The translations under genes were made by a program, and so were the position numbers. Positions 9,986-21,419 of a stretch of 64,000 bases of DNA are shown here, in pieces. The stretch comes from Oculina patagonica (lineage: Eukaryota): NCBI RefSeq assembly GCF_052425735.1, contig NC_135763.1:32302001-32366000 (forward strand). Direction: 5' to 3'. Position 1 is the first letter of the stretch. The number at the start of each line of letters is the position of its first letter. Below the pieces are notes generated by a model that worked only from the letters and a program-made list of their open reading frames with translations, had not been told where the DNA came from and ran no database searches.

Positions 9986-12519
9986 ATGTCAGAGTCAGCT
10001 GACGTTGCCGTGACAACAATACTCACCACCCTCATAATTGCGGACATTATTGGTAACTGCCTCGTTATCATCGTCATAAGGAGAAATCGAGATATGAGGT
10101 ATGCTGAGTATGTTGTACTGTTAAGACAGCTTTTTAAATGGTGAAACGAACAACAAGATATTTTAAACGAGATCCAACCCTGTGATTACCACTATGACCA
10201 TCATAAAATTTCTCCCAAAGAAACTTAGTAAAAGAAAATCAAAAGTTAATTTCAATCAAAAAGTTTGTTAACATTGTTGTCAAAAAACACTCACATAGTC
10301 CTTTATTCCAAAAGCGGACGCAAGGCTTCACAGTATAGTCATTCCTCATATATAGTGGGGTTTTGAATGAAAATTCAACGTGTTCATGTGATCAGCTTTT
10401 GGCTCTCCCACAACTGGATCAAAGGTTGTTTCTGGAGACTCACTATATGCTGATGTATTTTCAATTGGCGCTTGTCCACCATCCATATTTCTTGGTGCTC
10501 GCGACTTGACTTGAACACAGGATTTCTTCTTTGTTCCACGCTCGTGTTACATTTCATATTTTCTCAGAGTAGTAACAGTTTTGACTCCTCTACAGCTGCT
10601 CTTATCAGCACTAATAAAAGCGTCAGTATATTGGTAGACTTGATCATATTACTATTGACATAATCTTAACATTAATTTCACAGGACTTCAATCGATTATC
10701 TACTTGTGAACCTAGCCATATCAGACATCACGTTTGCGGTGTTTGTAACACCGAATCACATTTTCAATAAAACCTTCACCCACCCAGAAGGTGCCACTGG
10801 TTCAGAATTAAGCACATTTGTGACAGCCGGAAACGTTGCATGGCTGGGGGCGGCTTCCTCGTCTGTCACTCTGGTTGCTATCGCCGTTGAACGATACTAC
10901 ACGGTCATGTGCCCTCTTGGTAGCAAAGGAAAACTTACCAAGCGAAAAGTCAAGGTTAGTGAGCGGGAAGGGAACAGCAATGAGGACGCTTTCAAGATCC
11001 TTTATTTAAAGTAATACATGACGCCATGTATTTTGTTTTATCGCACAAATAATTGGACCTTCTACTTCTCAACTGCCGCTACTACTCCTAATTCTATAGT
11101 GTCTGTCCATCTGCTCCGTGAATTGCTTTGATTACAGCTTTTATGCTACTGCTCCACGACTGCTGGTACTCGAGCTCCTTCTCCTACAACTGTTTCTCCT
11201 GCTCCATCTACTATACTACCACTACCACTACCACTACCACTACCACTACCACTACCACTACCACTACCACTACCACTACCACTACCACTACCACTGCCAC
11301 TGTCACTGTCACTGTCACTTCCACTTCCACTTCCACTACTCCTACCACTACCACTACCACTGCCACTGTCACTTCCGCTGCCACTGTCACTTCCCCTCCC
11401 TGCCGCTGCCGCTGCCGCTGCCGCTGCCGCTGCCGCGCCCGCCCCCTGCCGCTGCCGCTGCCGCTGCCGCTGCCGCTGCCGCTGCCGCTACTACTGCTGC
11501 GACTGCTGCTTTCACTTGACAAAAGAGAATCCGTTACGTTACATTGTCTACCCCAAAAACCATTTTTTAAAAACTTCTAGCGCAATATAAATTGACGTCA
11601 AACTTAATTCTGACACAAAATACACCCATTTCAGATAATTCTTCCTTGCTGTTGGATCTTTTCAGTGGCTTTAAACATGCCACTGTTCCTGGTTTCAACA
11701 TTCCACAAATCAATTGGCGATTGCAAATGGGACTGGCCTGAGAGTTGGATGGGCGGAGCATACGACACAGCTTGGCTTGTACTGTTGGCTATTATTCCTC
11801 TGATTGTGATGACTGGCTTATACTCCAGAGTGGTACACATGTTGTGGTTTAAGCGTAACGATGGCCATGAACTCGCCTTACGACAAAAGGTAGGACAAAT
11901 AAGAATGTTAAAGGTAATAACGTCTTGATAGTAGGATATTAGCGAGAGTGTGAGATCAGCATGTTTAGAGTTTTTATATAGTTAGTTTAAGTTTTCGTTG
12001 AGAAGACACTTACAACATTGTCTCTATTCACCAGTGTGCACAAATTGGTAACGTCCGTGATCCTATTTACTTAATGGGAACCATTCCCCCCTCTCCCCCG
12101 CCGGTGTTTTGAGCAAACTGTGTTGGGCGCTAATGGCAAATCCTGAACTTACTCTTTGTTCCTTGTATTTTCAGGGAGTTTTAAAAGTACGGAAACGGGT
12201 CACATTGAGTGTGATCACTGTCAGTGCCATATTTGGAGTCTGTTGGATTGGTGGCTTATTAACCTACATCTTAAGCTACTATGACATCGACATGTTTGGG
12301 TCCGCCTCATACGCCATTTCCGACACCCTGTTTATGTTTAATTCCGCTGTAAACCCTTTTGTTTATTGTATGATAAATGAACGGTACAGGGAGAAGATCA
12401 AAGGAATGTTATGCTGCTTCCGTGCATCCAGAGTGCATTCATCAGGCGAAATATGCAGCGTCGAGCTACCCTGCAACACCTCTCACGTGACCCGCACTGC
12501 AGGAGGGTGCATGGGATAG
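9986..12519 (+). CDS. Four-exon class A GPCR, neuropeptide-receptor-like, 327 aa
   Basis: Exons 9986-10098, 10684-10954, 11635-11889, 12175-12519; GT-AG, phases 2,0,0, total 984 nt. Motifs GN (TM1), NLAISD, ERY, NSAVNPFVY. Confidence 0.9.
11060..11515. repeat. Compound hexamer microsatellite (CTACCA)n to (CTGCCG)n in GPCR intron 2
   Basis: Visible tandem hexamers; explains the poly-HY, poly-T and poly-LP ORFs. Confidence 0.95.
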
Positions 12520-12819
12520 TGTCTTTTACCCTGATACCAAACACTTTCATAGAAATATTATGACGCATTAGTAGCTGTATGAAAAAAAAGCATTTTACAT
12601 AACTGTAGTACAAACACTTCCGGTTTTTTGTCTTTGTAATATAAAAAATAAAAAGGAATTAATGCATAATAGCTACGAAAGATCCAGTCGGGAAGCGCAG
12701 GTTCCGTATTAGTCAAATCGGATTTATTATCTAAACAAAAATTCTGAGTCTGACTCGATAAGCCACTCATTCATCCATTGTCGATGGGCAAAAAAAATTT
12801 TCTCTTAAGTATTTAGTAG

Positions 12820-12992
12820 TTTAATAAGGAAAATGACACCTCCTACTTACTTAACACAATTGAATTACTCTTTGGGAAATTATCAAATGAACCTGACTCC
12901 GTTTTATCCCAGATGATGTTAAAAAAGCTTAACTATGTCCTTCTATTTGCTAAATATTATATTTATAACAATAAGCTTAGTAATAAAGTATT
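12820..12992 (+). mobile_element. L1/Tx1-like ORF2 C-terminal fragment
   Basis: Open frame FNKENDTSYLLNTIELLFGK...KKLNYVLLFAKYYIYNNKL resembles the end of Tx1/L1 ORF2. Confidence 0.55.
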
Positions 12993-13019
12993 TCTTTTTT
13001 TCGTTTGTCTCACGACGTA

Positions 13020-13090
13020 GTCACGTGTGATGGAAATCGCGACGTTTCGACTGCACACTGCTAGTCTTCATCAGGCGATAAGGTCGACTG
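13020..13090 (-). mobile_element. Penelope-like terminal fragment
   Basis: acgtttcgac...gtcttcatcagg motif typical of Penelope termini; short. Confidence 0.35.
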
Positions 13091-13366
13091 GTTGTGCGTG
13101 AACTTATAAAGCACGCTGCCTCGCTGTGATTTGTTTAAAATAAAGTGTTTTACAAAAAAAATCTAAACAAAAAATAATGCAAGCCGGCTGAAAAGTACTA
13201 CTAAAAAAAGTTGTCAAGTCATCACGGCACGATTTGGTTAGCAAATTGAGACGAACACTGCGGGTTCAGTCAAATCCAAGACACCGGAATGCATCTTCGG
13301 CAGATACTTGCTTTCCCGACTGGCTAAGAAAAGACAGGATACGCTGTGTCGTGTGGGACATTCAGG

Positions 13367-13795
13367 CCCGGGGGGGGGGGGGGTACTCAAAAATATTTTA
13401 TACGGGGAGGCTCCGCCCCGAGTTCTAACCCCTTACCCTTTTATATACCATTTTGACAGAAATTGTACCCCTTTCGTATACCTTTAACTGAAAAAAGGTA
13501 TCCCTTTCATATACCTAAAAGACGTGGCGTGGACTTAAAACAGGACTTTAATTTTTCTTGTCATTTTCATGTAGCGCTTAATTATTTAAAATAATACAGG
13601 CATAAATTGCGTCTGTTCGAAATATTTTAATAAAAGGCCCTTTTAAAAACCTAAATGACAGATTTCCATACCCTTTCATATACCTAAACTCGTGAAATCC
13701 CTACCCTTTTGTATACCTGAAGCCTGAAAAAGGTACCCCTTTCGGGCGGAGCCTCCCCGTATAGGCCATTATAGGGAGTACCCCCCCCCCCCGGG
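13367..13795. mobile_element. MITE with CCCGGG(G)nTACT termini and 8-bp TSD
   Basis: TSD cattcagg at 13359-13366 and 13796-13803; empty paralogous site at ~1511 (cattcaggcc). Confidence 0.9.
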
Positions 13796-14370
13796 CATTC
13801 AGGTCACGATATGTTGAAACTCGTTAGTACACGGATGGATCATTCTTTAGATGTGTAAGCAAGAAGCGACGCAATAATATATCGGGAATTGTATATTGTA
13901 AAAGGGAAGAGAGCTTAGGCTTCTCGAGAACGTATATCAAAACTAAGCATGTCACCAGATTTGCGGTTTTGAGAAACAATATTTAGCAGACCCCTGATTT
14001 AATTATATAGAATATAGATTTTAAAAACAACTTTTTTATGAAGACAGCGCTCTGTGGGTCTTTGAACGTCAATTAAAGAAAAGAAAAAAAAACGGAAAAA
14101 GTAGCCAAACGACAAAAAAGGAAATTGAGAGCTCTGGAGATGAAAAGAATAGGCTGAGCACTCGTAACGTCAGCAGCATGAAGGTCAAAACACGGGATGT
14201 CCATTTGCAAAACGCAAATGCACATTACAAGATGAATACCATTTCTTGAAGTTTTGCCAGCGATACATTACTTTAACTCGGTAGATATTGATTGATTTTT
14301 TCCTTAAATTTACATGATCAGTTTATAGAATAATCTTTATTCGAAGCAGACATAAAAACATCATGTCCAC

Positions 14371-14618
14371 CAGGGACGTAACCAGACTTTTTCCACAGAC
14401 GAGGGGAGTTCTGCCGGCATGCTCTTCAGAAAATTTTGAAATCTAGAAGCCCTTTTTAAAATTGTCTTCTTAACATTTTATAAGAGATTTCTTGAGAAAA
14501 AATAAATATTGTTTAACTTTGGATTATTTTCCCAACAAAACATATTTTGATTTAAATTTTGGATTAAATTCTAGACGATGCAAGTGCCTCGTCTTGCCTC
14601 TTGCTAGTTACGGCCTTG
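14371..14618. mobile_element. Degenerate MITE (cagggacgtaaccag / ctagttacggccttg)
   Basis: Imperfect short TIRs; no TSD recognised. Confidence 0.45.
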
Positions 14619-15230
14619 ACCCTTTTTGTAATTTTTTTTTTTTAAATAGCATTTTGTAAATACGTATTCATTTGTAGTACCTTTTGTAATTAGTATTGTG
14701 TATTATAAAGTTGCATCAACGGAATAATAAGTGTAGAACATACACTTCCGGCTGTTTTTCTAAATAACAAAATAATAATTGATGCATAATATATACCTTT
14801 TGTTACATATTTTTGCGTTATCTTAACTCGAGAAAATGGGACGGGCATATTTCGCGAAAATATATTTGGTGAAAATAAAGTCATGCGAAAATAAGTAGCA
14901 ATCAGGTAGCTACGAAAAATTCAGTCGGGGGCGCAGGTTCCGCTTTAGGCAAATCAGAATATCAATTTTAACATCTTATCAAAAAATATTGCACGTCATG
15001 ATCATGGCACGATTATTTCTTTAACAAAATCGAGACGATCACTGGTATGGGGATTCAGTAGGATCCAGGACTCCGGAATGCGTCATCAAGACGTACTTGC
15101 TTTCCCAAATGAATAAGAAAATTTGACACGCTGTGTCGTACATGTGAGACATTAGGTCAGGAGCCGTTTGCAACCCATATGTGTCAGCGGGAAGCGACAA
15201 GATATATCGGATACCCTCTGTAATATATTT

Positions 15231-16332
15231 AACAATTAGATTATTCGCTCTCGATTTCTATCGTGTGATAGTTGATGAGCGCGAAGCCCGAATCAACTAT
15301 CACACATAGAAATCGAGAGCGAATAATCTAATTGTTTTAGTATAAATCTACTAGACGTTCAAAACTTAACAACAAGACAGGCTCTCGTTTTTATTGAATA
15401 ATGATGTAAATAAGTCACACAACACGCGGATAATTGACAACTGCACCACATTGCATTGGCTTCTGTGTGCGCGTTTGCATTTCATTCACGATTTATTGAA
15501 ACCGTTATATCCCCGAAACTGAAGGAAAAGCCAAGTTTTTTATTGTAAAATTACGATTGAAAGATGTACTGACGTACAAGGGCCCTTAGAAGTCAAGTTT
15601 TTTTAAAATTCGAAAACGTAAAAGATTAAAAAAAAGTTAAGCGAGTTTTTCGCAAAGAAGAAACCACATTGCACTGTTTAGCTTCTGTGTGCGCCTTTGC
15701 ATTTCATTCACGATTTATTTAATCCGTCGTTTGCTCGAAATTGAACTAAAAGCCGAATTTTATTGTAAAATGACAATTTAAAGATAGACTGACTTACAAA
15801 GACCCTTTGGAAGTCAATGAGTTTTAAATGTAGGAAACGTGAACGATAAGTTGAACGAGTCGCCCGCAACCTTGAATTCGCTTTCAATTTTGTTGTTTTA
15901 TTTAAGTCTTATTGATGCATAAAAAAACTTGCAGGTCGAATCTGTTTAGCCTTTCTTTTGCTGCTCCTCGATGGGACGATGAAACTGTGTTTCCACAAAA
16001 TGTCTCGGTGAAACGCATCTCTGGATGTTATAAAATTATAGATTCGCCTGCTTTTAAAAGCGTAAATGAATATTAATTGCTTTTCTTACCGTGTAAAATC
16101 TTCACTACATATTTCGGTACAGTCTTTATCTTCTCCAACATCGCCTGGAATAGTTAATAATCCAAGTCCTTCTTTACGGTCAATTTAAAAGCGAAAAAGC
16201 GGCGACCATTCTGTTGACTGATGACAACCGCACGCTGTTTCGCTACTCACCTTCTACAACAGAATAGAAAGTGAGTAGCGTAGCCAATCAGAGAACAGCA
16301 TTCGTGATAGAACGCTAGTAGATTTATACTAA
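15231..16332. mobile_element. Non-autonomous element with terminal 106-bp hairpin and offset inner inverted repeats (possibly Crypton-type)
   Basis: Hairpin 15231-15336; IR ttagtataaatctactag at 15337-15354 vs 16315-16332; internal ~215 bp duplication; empty paralogous site near 13890-13910. Confidence 0.7.
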
Positions 16333-16651
16333 AAAGGAAGAGCGCCCGACTTTTCAATATACACCGTATATTAATACCAAGCATGTCACCAGATATGCTA
16401 TCTCTGTAATGAATTATAGATTACAGATTTTGAAAATAGCTTTTTTATCATTTATATATACGGAAGGCAGCGCTCTATTGGTCTTTGAATACCAATAATA
16501 GAACAAACGCAAAAATAGCCAAGCAGACAATATAAAGAAATATAGGACAAAGAGTGTGCTGGAGCAATCGCAGCGTCATCAGTATAAAGATAAAAACAAG
16601 AAATATACCCACTCAAAGCAGACATTTAACTAGAATGTCTACAATCCTGAA

Positions 16652-16695
16652 GATATTAGTTGCGCATAATGATAAGAACAGATATTGGTTACAGT
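16652..16695 (+). promoter_or_regulatory. Conserved upstream element of GPCR array member 1
   Basis: GATATT..TTG...ATGA.....CAGATATT..TTA.AGT, shared by all four paralogues. Confidence 0.5.
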
Positions 16696-16810
16696 ATTAA
16701 GCTTAAATCTCGCTCACTAGGGGAGAGCTTAAAATAGCCGATTCCAATGCGACTGTTGTTACGTAACTGTGTAAAACTTCGTGCGCCTGCCTTGTTTATC
16801 TCCTCGTGCC

Positions 16811-17779
16811 ATGAATTACTCACTGGAAAACACGACCAGCAGCACAAGTAACTCGAACTCCTACCTTACAGCGGACTGTTCTCGTCCAGTAGCTCATGGC
16901 GTTGCTCAGATCATAACGAATGCTTTGGTGGCCGTGCTAGGAACTTTTGGCAACGTACTGATTTGCGTGGCAGTTGTTACAAATCTTCGTCTTCGCCGAC
17001 CATCGAACTACCTTCTGTTCAGCTTGGCTATCGCTGATTTGATTGTCACCGTAGTGTGTGAGCCACTCTTTTTAGTAATCCTCTGCAAAAGAACGTTTTT
17101 TAATGACTGTGCAACAGACTTGGTGCTCCCATACTTAATTTTAACCACGTATTCGTCTATTACCTCAGTAACACACTTGGTGGCCATCAGTGTTGATCGT
17201 TTTATCGCTGTTGTGTATCCTTTACACCACAAACGCCTTATGGAGAACCGTGTATTAAAGGCAATGCTGGTAACATCTTGGGCATTACCGACTGTAGTTC
17301 CCATTTTCAGATTTGTTATTTCATCGAGTTTATCCAAGGGTTTGTTTGCATTTTTCGTCGTCAGCTATTCTATTATTTTCCTCTCCTACTTACTTATTGT
17401 GATTTCTCTGCTTAAACATCGCAGACAAACAAAACATCTCAGAAGTCACTCTTCTGGTAATGATTGTCAGCTACACGTTGAACTTCGCGTTGCTCTCACA
17501 CTTGCGATTGTTATTGTTGTTTTCACTGCCTGTTGGGTTCCACTAGTTGCCACCATGTTTGTAACCGGGATGCCGATGGTAATGGTACGAGTAGATGCAA
17601 TCCCGTACATGTGGATGAGGACCCTGGCTCTGTCGAATTCCGCCATGAACTTTCTTATCTACGGCTCCAGGATGAAGAACTTTCGTGAGGCGTTCGCTGT
17701 GATTGGCCGAAAGATTCTTGTTGTTTTGTCTCCAAAATGTTCGCGGGCTCGTGTTTATAACTTGACCACGGAGAAGTAA
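16811..17779 (+). CDS. Intronless class A GPCR, array member 1 (322 aa)
   Basis: ATG MNYSLEN; GN, SLAIAD, DRF, CWVP, SNSAMNFLIY; seven hydrophobic segments. Confidence 0.92.
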   Translation: MNYSLENTTSSTSNSNSYLTADCSRPVAHGVAQIITNALVAVLGTFGNVLICVAVVTNLRLRRPSNYLLFSLAIADLIVTVVCEPLFLVILCKRTFFNDCATDLVLPYLILTTYSSITSVTHLVAISVDRFIAVVYPLHHKRLMENRVLKAMLVTSWALPTVVPIFRFVISSSLSKGLFAFFVVSYSIIFLSYLLIVISLLKHRRQTKHLRSHSSGNDCQLHVELRVALTLAIVIVVFTACWVPLVATMFVTGMPMVMVRVDAIPYMWMRTLALSNSAMNFLIYGSRMKNFREAFAVIGRKILVVLSPKCSRARVYNLTTEK

Positions 17780-18844
17780 TCAGTATCAAAAACGAGTGCT
17801 ATTGTTTTATCCGCAGCTCCAAACACCAAGAAACTAATAAGAACACCGCCCGCTTTGGACGAGTGCCGAATATCGATTAGCAATACGAAGCACGGCGTTT
17901 TTAAAGCTGACACAAGAAAATTAAAAACTGAAAACACTAAAAGACACTACTATAAGTAAGACGGCTTTCAATAGGCGGGTGCTGTAAAATATGCTACTTA
18001 GAGAACGACAAATAAAGAAATTACCGTTACCAAAACGGGAATATCACATCATAGTAGTTAGGCAATCATAGATGTGTCAGGTTTTTCCTTTTATTTTTGG
18101 CAGCATCTATACCGTATCTTTTGTTTCAAAGTGTCACGGTGAATAACGCTATGCGGATGATTCTAAACTTTAGATAGCTTTGAGTAAAGACTAGGCCGTG
18201 ATCATAAAAGGTAGTTCAAATTAACGCAAAGATAAGACTTTTCGGAACTACCTGCGAAGAGGGTTTTTGCGTTCGCCATGCTGTAGGAGGGCTGTTAATT
18301 TTATGGACAGAATTTCAATAAAATTATGTTAGTTGACTTAAAAGGGATACTGGATAAAATTCTGGGCATGAAGTCCCCACATAGGCGACTGTAGGTATGG
18401 AATTTATCATCAGCCTATCAGCCTATTAAATAAGCGCAAAGGGAGCAAAGTAGTATTGCAAATTCTCACAGTAAGTAGTATTGCAAATTCTCACAGGCCT
18501 TAAAAAATCCTTACCTTAAGGTACCGCAAGAACATTATGCTGTTTTGGTGGAAAATATATGATTTGTAAAATCACTACATGTCTCTGGAGTTAGATTTGT
18601 TAACTTTCCCCAAAAATGCATTGCGAAGACACAGAGCTGGAAAACCTAATAAGGACTTACAGATGAATAAATTAAGGAGACAATCAATTTTTTTCATGTT
18701 GAACATAAAAAAATTTTCCGTTGCTCATCAATACCATTTTTCAGTTTACAACTTTGCTCATACCAGCTATTGTAACCTATCTGCTTGAAAATGTATTAAA
18801 ACTGATGATAAGATAATGAAAATGAAAATGTTTAATATTTTTTT

Positions 18845-20950
18845 ACACACGTTTTAACCAGGAGGTCCAGGAATCCTCTATAATATTGTCATTGCTAAAG
18901 AAGCCCTGTCTTTCCTATTACAAACGTCTATTAATACCAACCGTGCAACCGATATGTCAATTTGAGGAACTAAAATAAATAAATAAATAAATAAAAACCA
19001 AACTTAATATTTACAGTATAGCAGATTATAAAAATAACTAATTGACGACTCGTTCAGGCAGTGAGACCTCGATAATAATATTGTACCTAGTCAAAAGACC
19101 CTCGTTATCTTATCACAATCGTCTATTTATACCAACAATGTAACTGATATGTCATTTCGAGGAGCAACACTTTTCTTAATTTTTGTATAGTGCACTATAA
19201 AAATAACTTGTTAGCGACTCGCTCAGGAAATGAGAACTCAATAAAGTAAAACAACAGCTCAATCCAAGCAAAAGCGTACTTATACCGTACTTTGTAATCG
19301 AGTTTTAAACTAAATTTCTTAATGCATTTTAACCAGGCGGTCTAGGAAACCTCTGAAATATTGTGCATCGTTAAAAGAGCCGAGTAATCTTAACGCAATC
19401 GTCCATTTTTACCAACCGTGTGACTTTATTTGAGGAACAGCACTTAATTTTAATTATGACAGATTATAAAAATAACTCGTTTACGACTTGGTCAGGCAGT
19501 GAGACCTTAATAAAGAAAACAACCGCAGCTCATGTCCAAGCTTACAAGGCTCGTTATTTCTGTACTTAGCTAGCTTCTTAATATTACATTTATCATTTAA
19601 CATTAACATTCTATAAACGAATTTTAAATTTAATTTCTCATCGCATTTTAACAACGCGGTTCAGGAAATCTCTGCAGCAATATTACACCTTGTTAAAAGA
19701 GTCTCGTTATCTTATCATAATCGTTTATTTATAACAACCGTGACTGATATGTCATTTTGAGGAGCAACACTTTTTTTTATTTTTGTATAGTAGATTATAA
19801 AAATAACTTGTTTACGACTCGCTCAGAAAATGAGACCTCAGAAACGAAAAACAGCAGCTTCTGTCAAAGCTTACAAGCGTCATTCAGTTTCTATAGTCAG
19901 CTAAATCCTCTATAATGCATTGACATTCTTTAAACGAGTTTTAATTTAAATTTCTCGATACATTTTAGTCATTTTAGACAGGCGATCCAGGAATTCTCTG
20001 TAATATTGAACCTCGTTAAAAGACCCTCGTTATCATATCACAAACGTCTATTAATACCAACCGTGTAACTGATATGTCAATTCACGGTGGGCACAAAGTG
20101 ACCCAAAAACGCTCACCTTCATTCATCTTTTTCGTTTTTGATACTGGTTACCTGAAATTTTGTATAAATATGGAACTCGTCATTCTGAAAAATCGTATGT
20201 TTTTTGTTTTTCGAATTTCGAATTTTTTGGCGGGAAAATGACGTCACAAAGTTGGCGCCAAATTTTTTTTTAATTAGTATGGAACATTTTTTGACAGTTT
20301 CTGAAAGAACTTGTCGCAAAGATCTTGAAACTGAAAAAAAATTCTGAGATATGTCAATCTAATCAAAAGTTATCGCTAATTGAAGTTTGAATTTCCCGCC
20401 ATTTTGTTACTAAAAATAGCTCAAAATAGCGGAAAACTCAAACTTCAATGCACCATAACTTTGGTTTGGATTGACGTATTTCAGAATTTTTTTCAATTTT
20501 AGGATCTTTGTGACAAGTTCGAATTCTTTCAGAAACTGTCATAAAATGTTCCACATGAATTAAAAAAAAAATTGGCGTCAACTTTGTGACGTCATTTTCC
20601 CGCCAAAAAATTCGAAATTCGAAAAACAAAAAACATACGATTTTTCAGAATGACGAGTTCTATATTTATGCAAAATTTCAGGTAGCCAGTATCAAAAACG
20701 AAAAAGATGAATGAAGGTGAGCGTTTTAGGGTCACTTTGTGCCCACCGTAATTTGAAAAAAATAACACTTAATTTTTAATTATAATAAATTATAAAAATA
20801 ACTTGTTTATGACCCGCTCAGGCAATAAGACCTTAATAAAGGAAAACAGCAGCTTCTGTCCAAGCTTAAAACCTCAAAAGTTATTTCCATCGTCTTCTAG
20901 CTCCTTATTAAACAATGCATTGACATTCTATAAACTACGAGTTTAAAATT
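18845..20950. repeat. Degenerate tandem repeat, ~230-330 bp unit, about five copies
   Basis: Recurrent gatatgtca.tttgagga, attataaaaataact and gactcg.tcagg...tgagacct. Confidence 0.8.
20083..20750. mobile_element. Long palindromic MITE with CACGGTG termini (Chapaev/Transib-like)
   Basis: ~300 bp near-perfect inverted arms; flanks aatt; neighbouring repeat units show the empty site gatatgtcaatttgagg. Confidence 0.85.
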
Positions 20951-21419
20951 GTTAAAAACAACTTTAATCTGTGCATGATGTTTGGTTTTGCACGCGGATT
21001 GCTTGATCACTTATTGAGATGTGCGGCGACACGATATCGAAACGTCTGTAAAATTTTCAAAGCAAGGGAGCTACGGCTTTACAATCCTGTCACAAACGTA
21101 CTATTATCAATACTTAATCTCTTATACAAGCCTGAACATGTAAGTAGAATTATTTTACGCTTATAACATAAGATTGGTATTGACTGTCAATGCTGTTTTC
21201 CGGGGGTGACTCTTAAGCCCTTGGGGAGGGGGAGCCTTCGTCGGGAATTTTGAAATAAAAACCTAATAGGCTCTAGAACCTCGCGTTGTGGGCGTGGCTC
21301 AATTCATTTTCACCCCTAGGAGTTACTAATTGTAAAAGGGGAAATTTACTGACACTGACATTTATTTTATGGCTTAAAAGGGTCGGGTAGCAGCTCTTGC
21401 AAGGTATGACACGAAGAGT

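Noticed and set aside
11118-11580. ORFs with poly-HY, poly-T and poly-V tracts
   Set aside because: Products of an intronic hexamer microsatellite.
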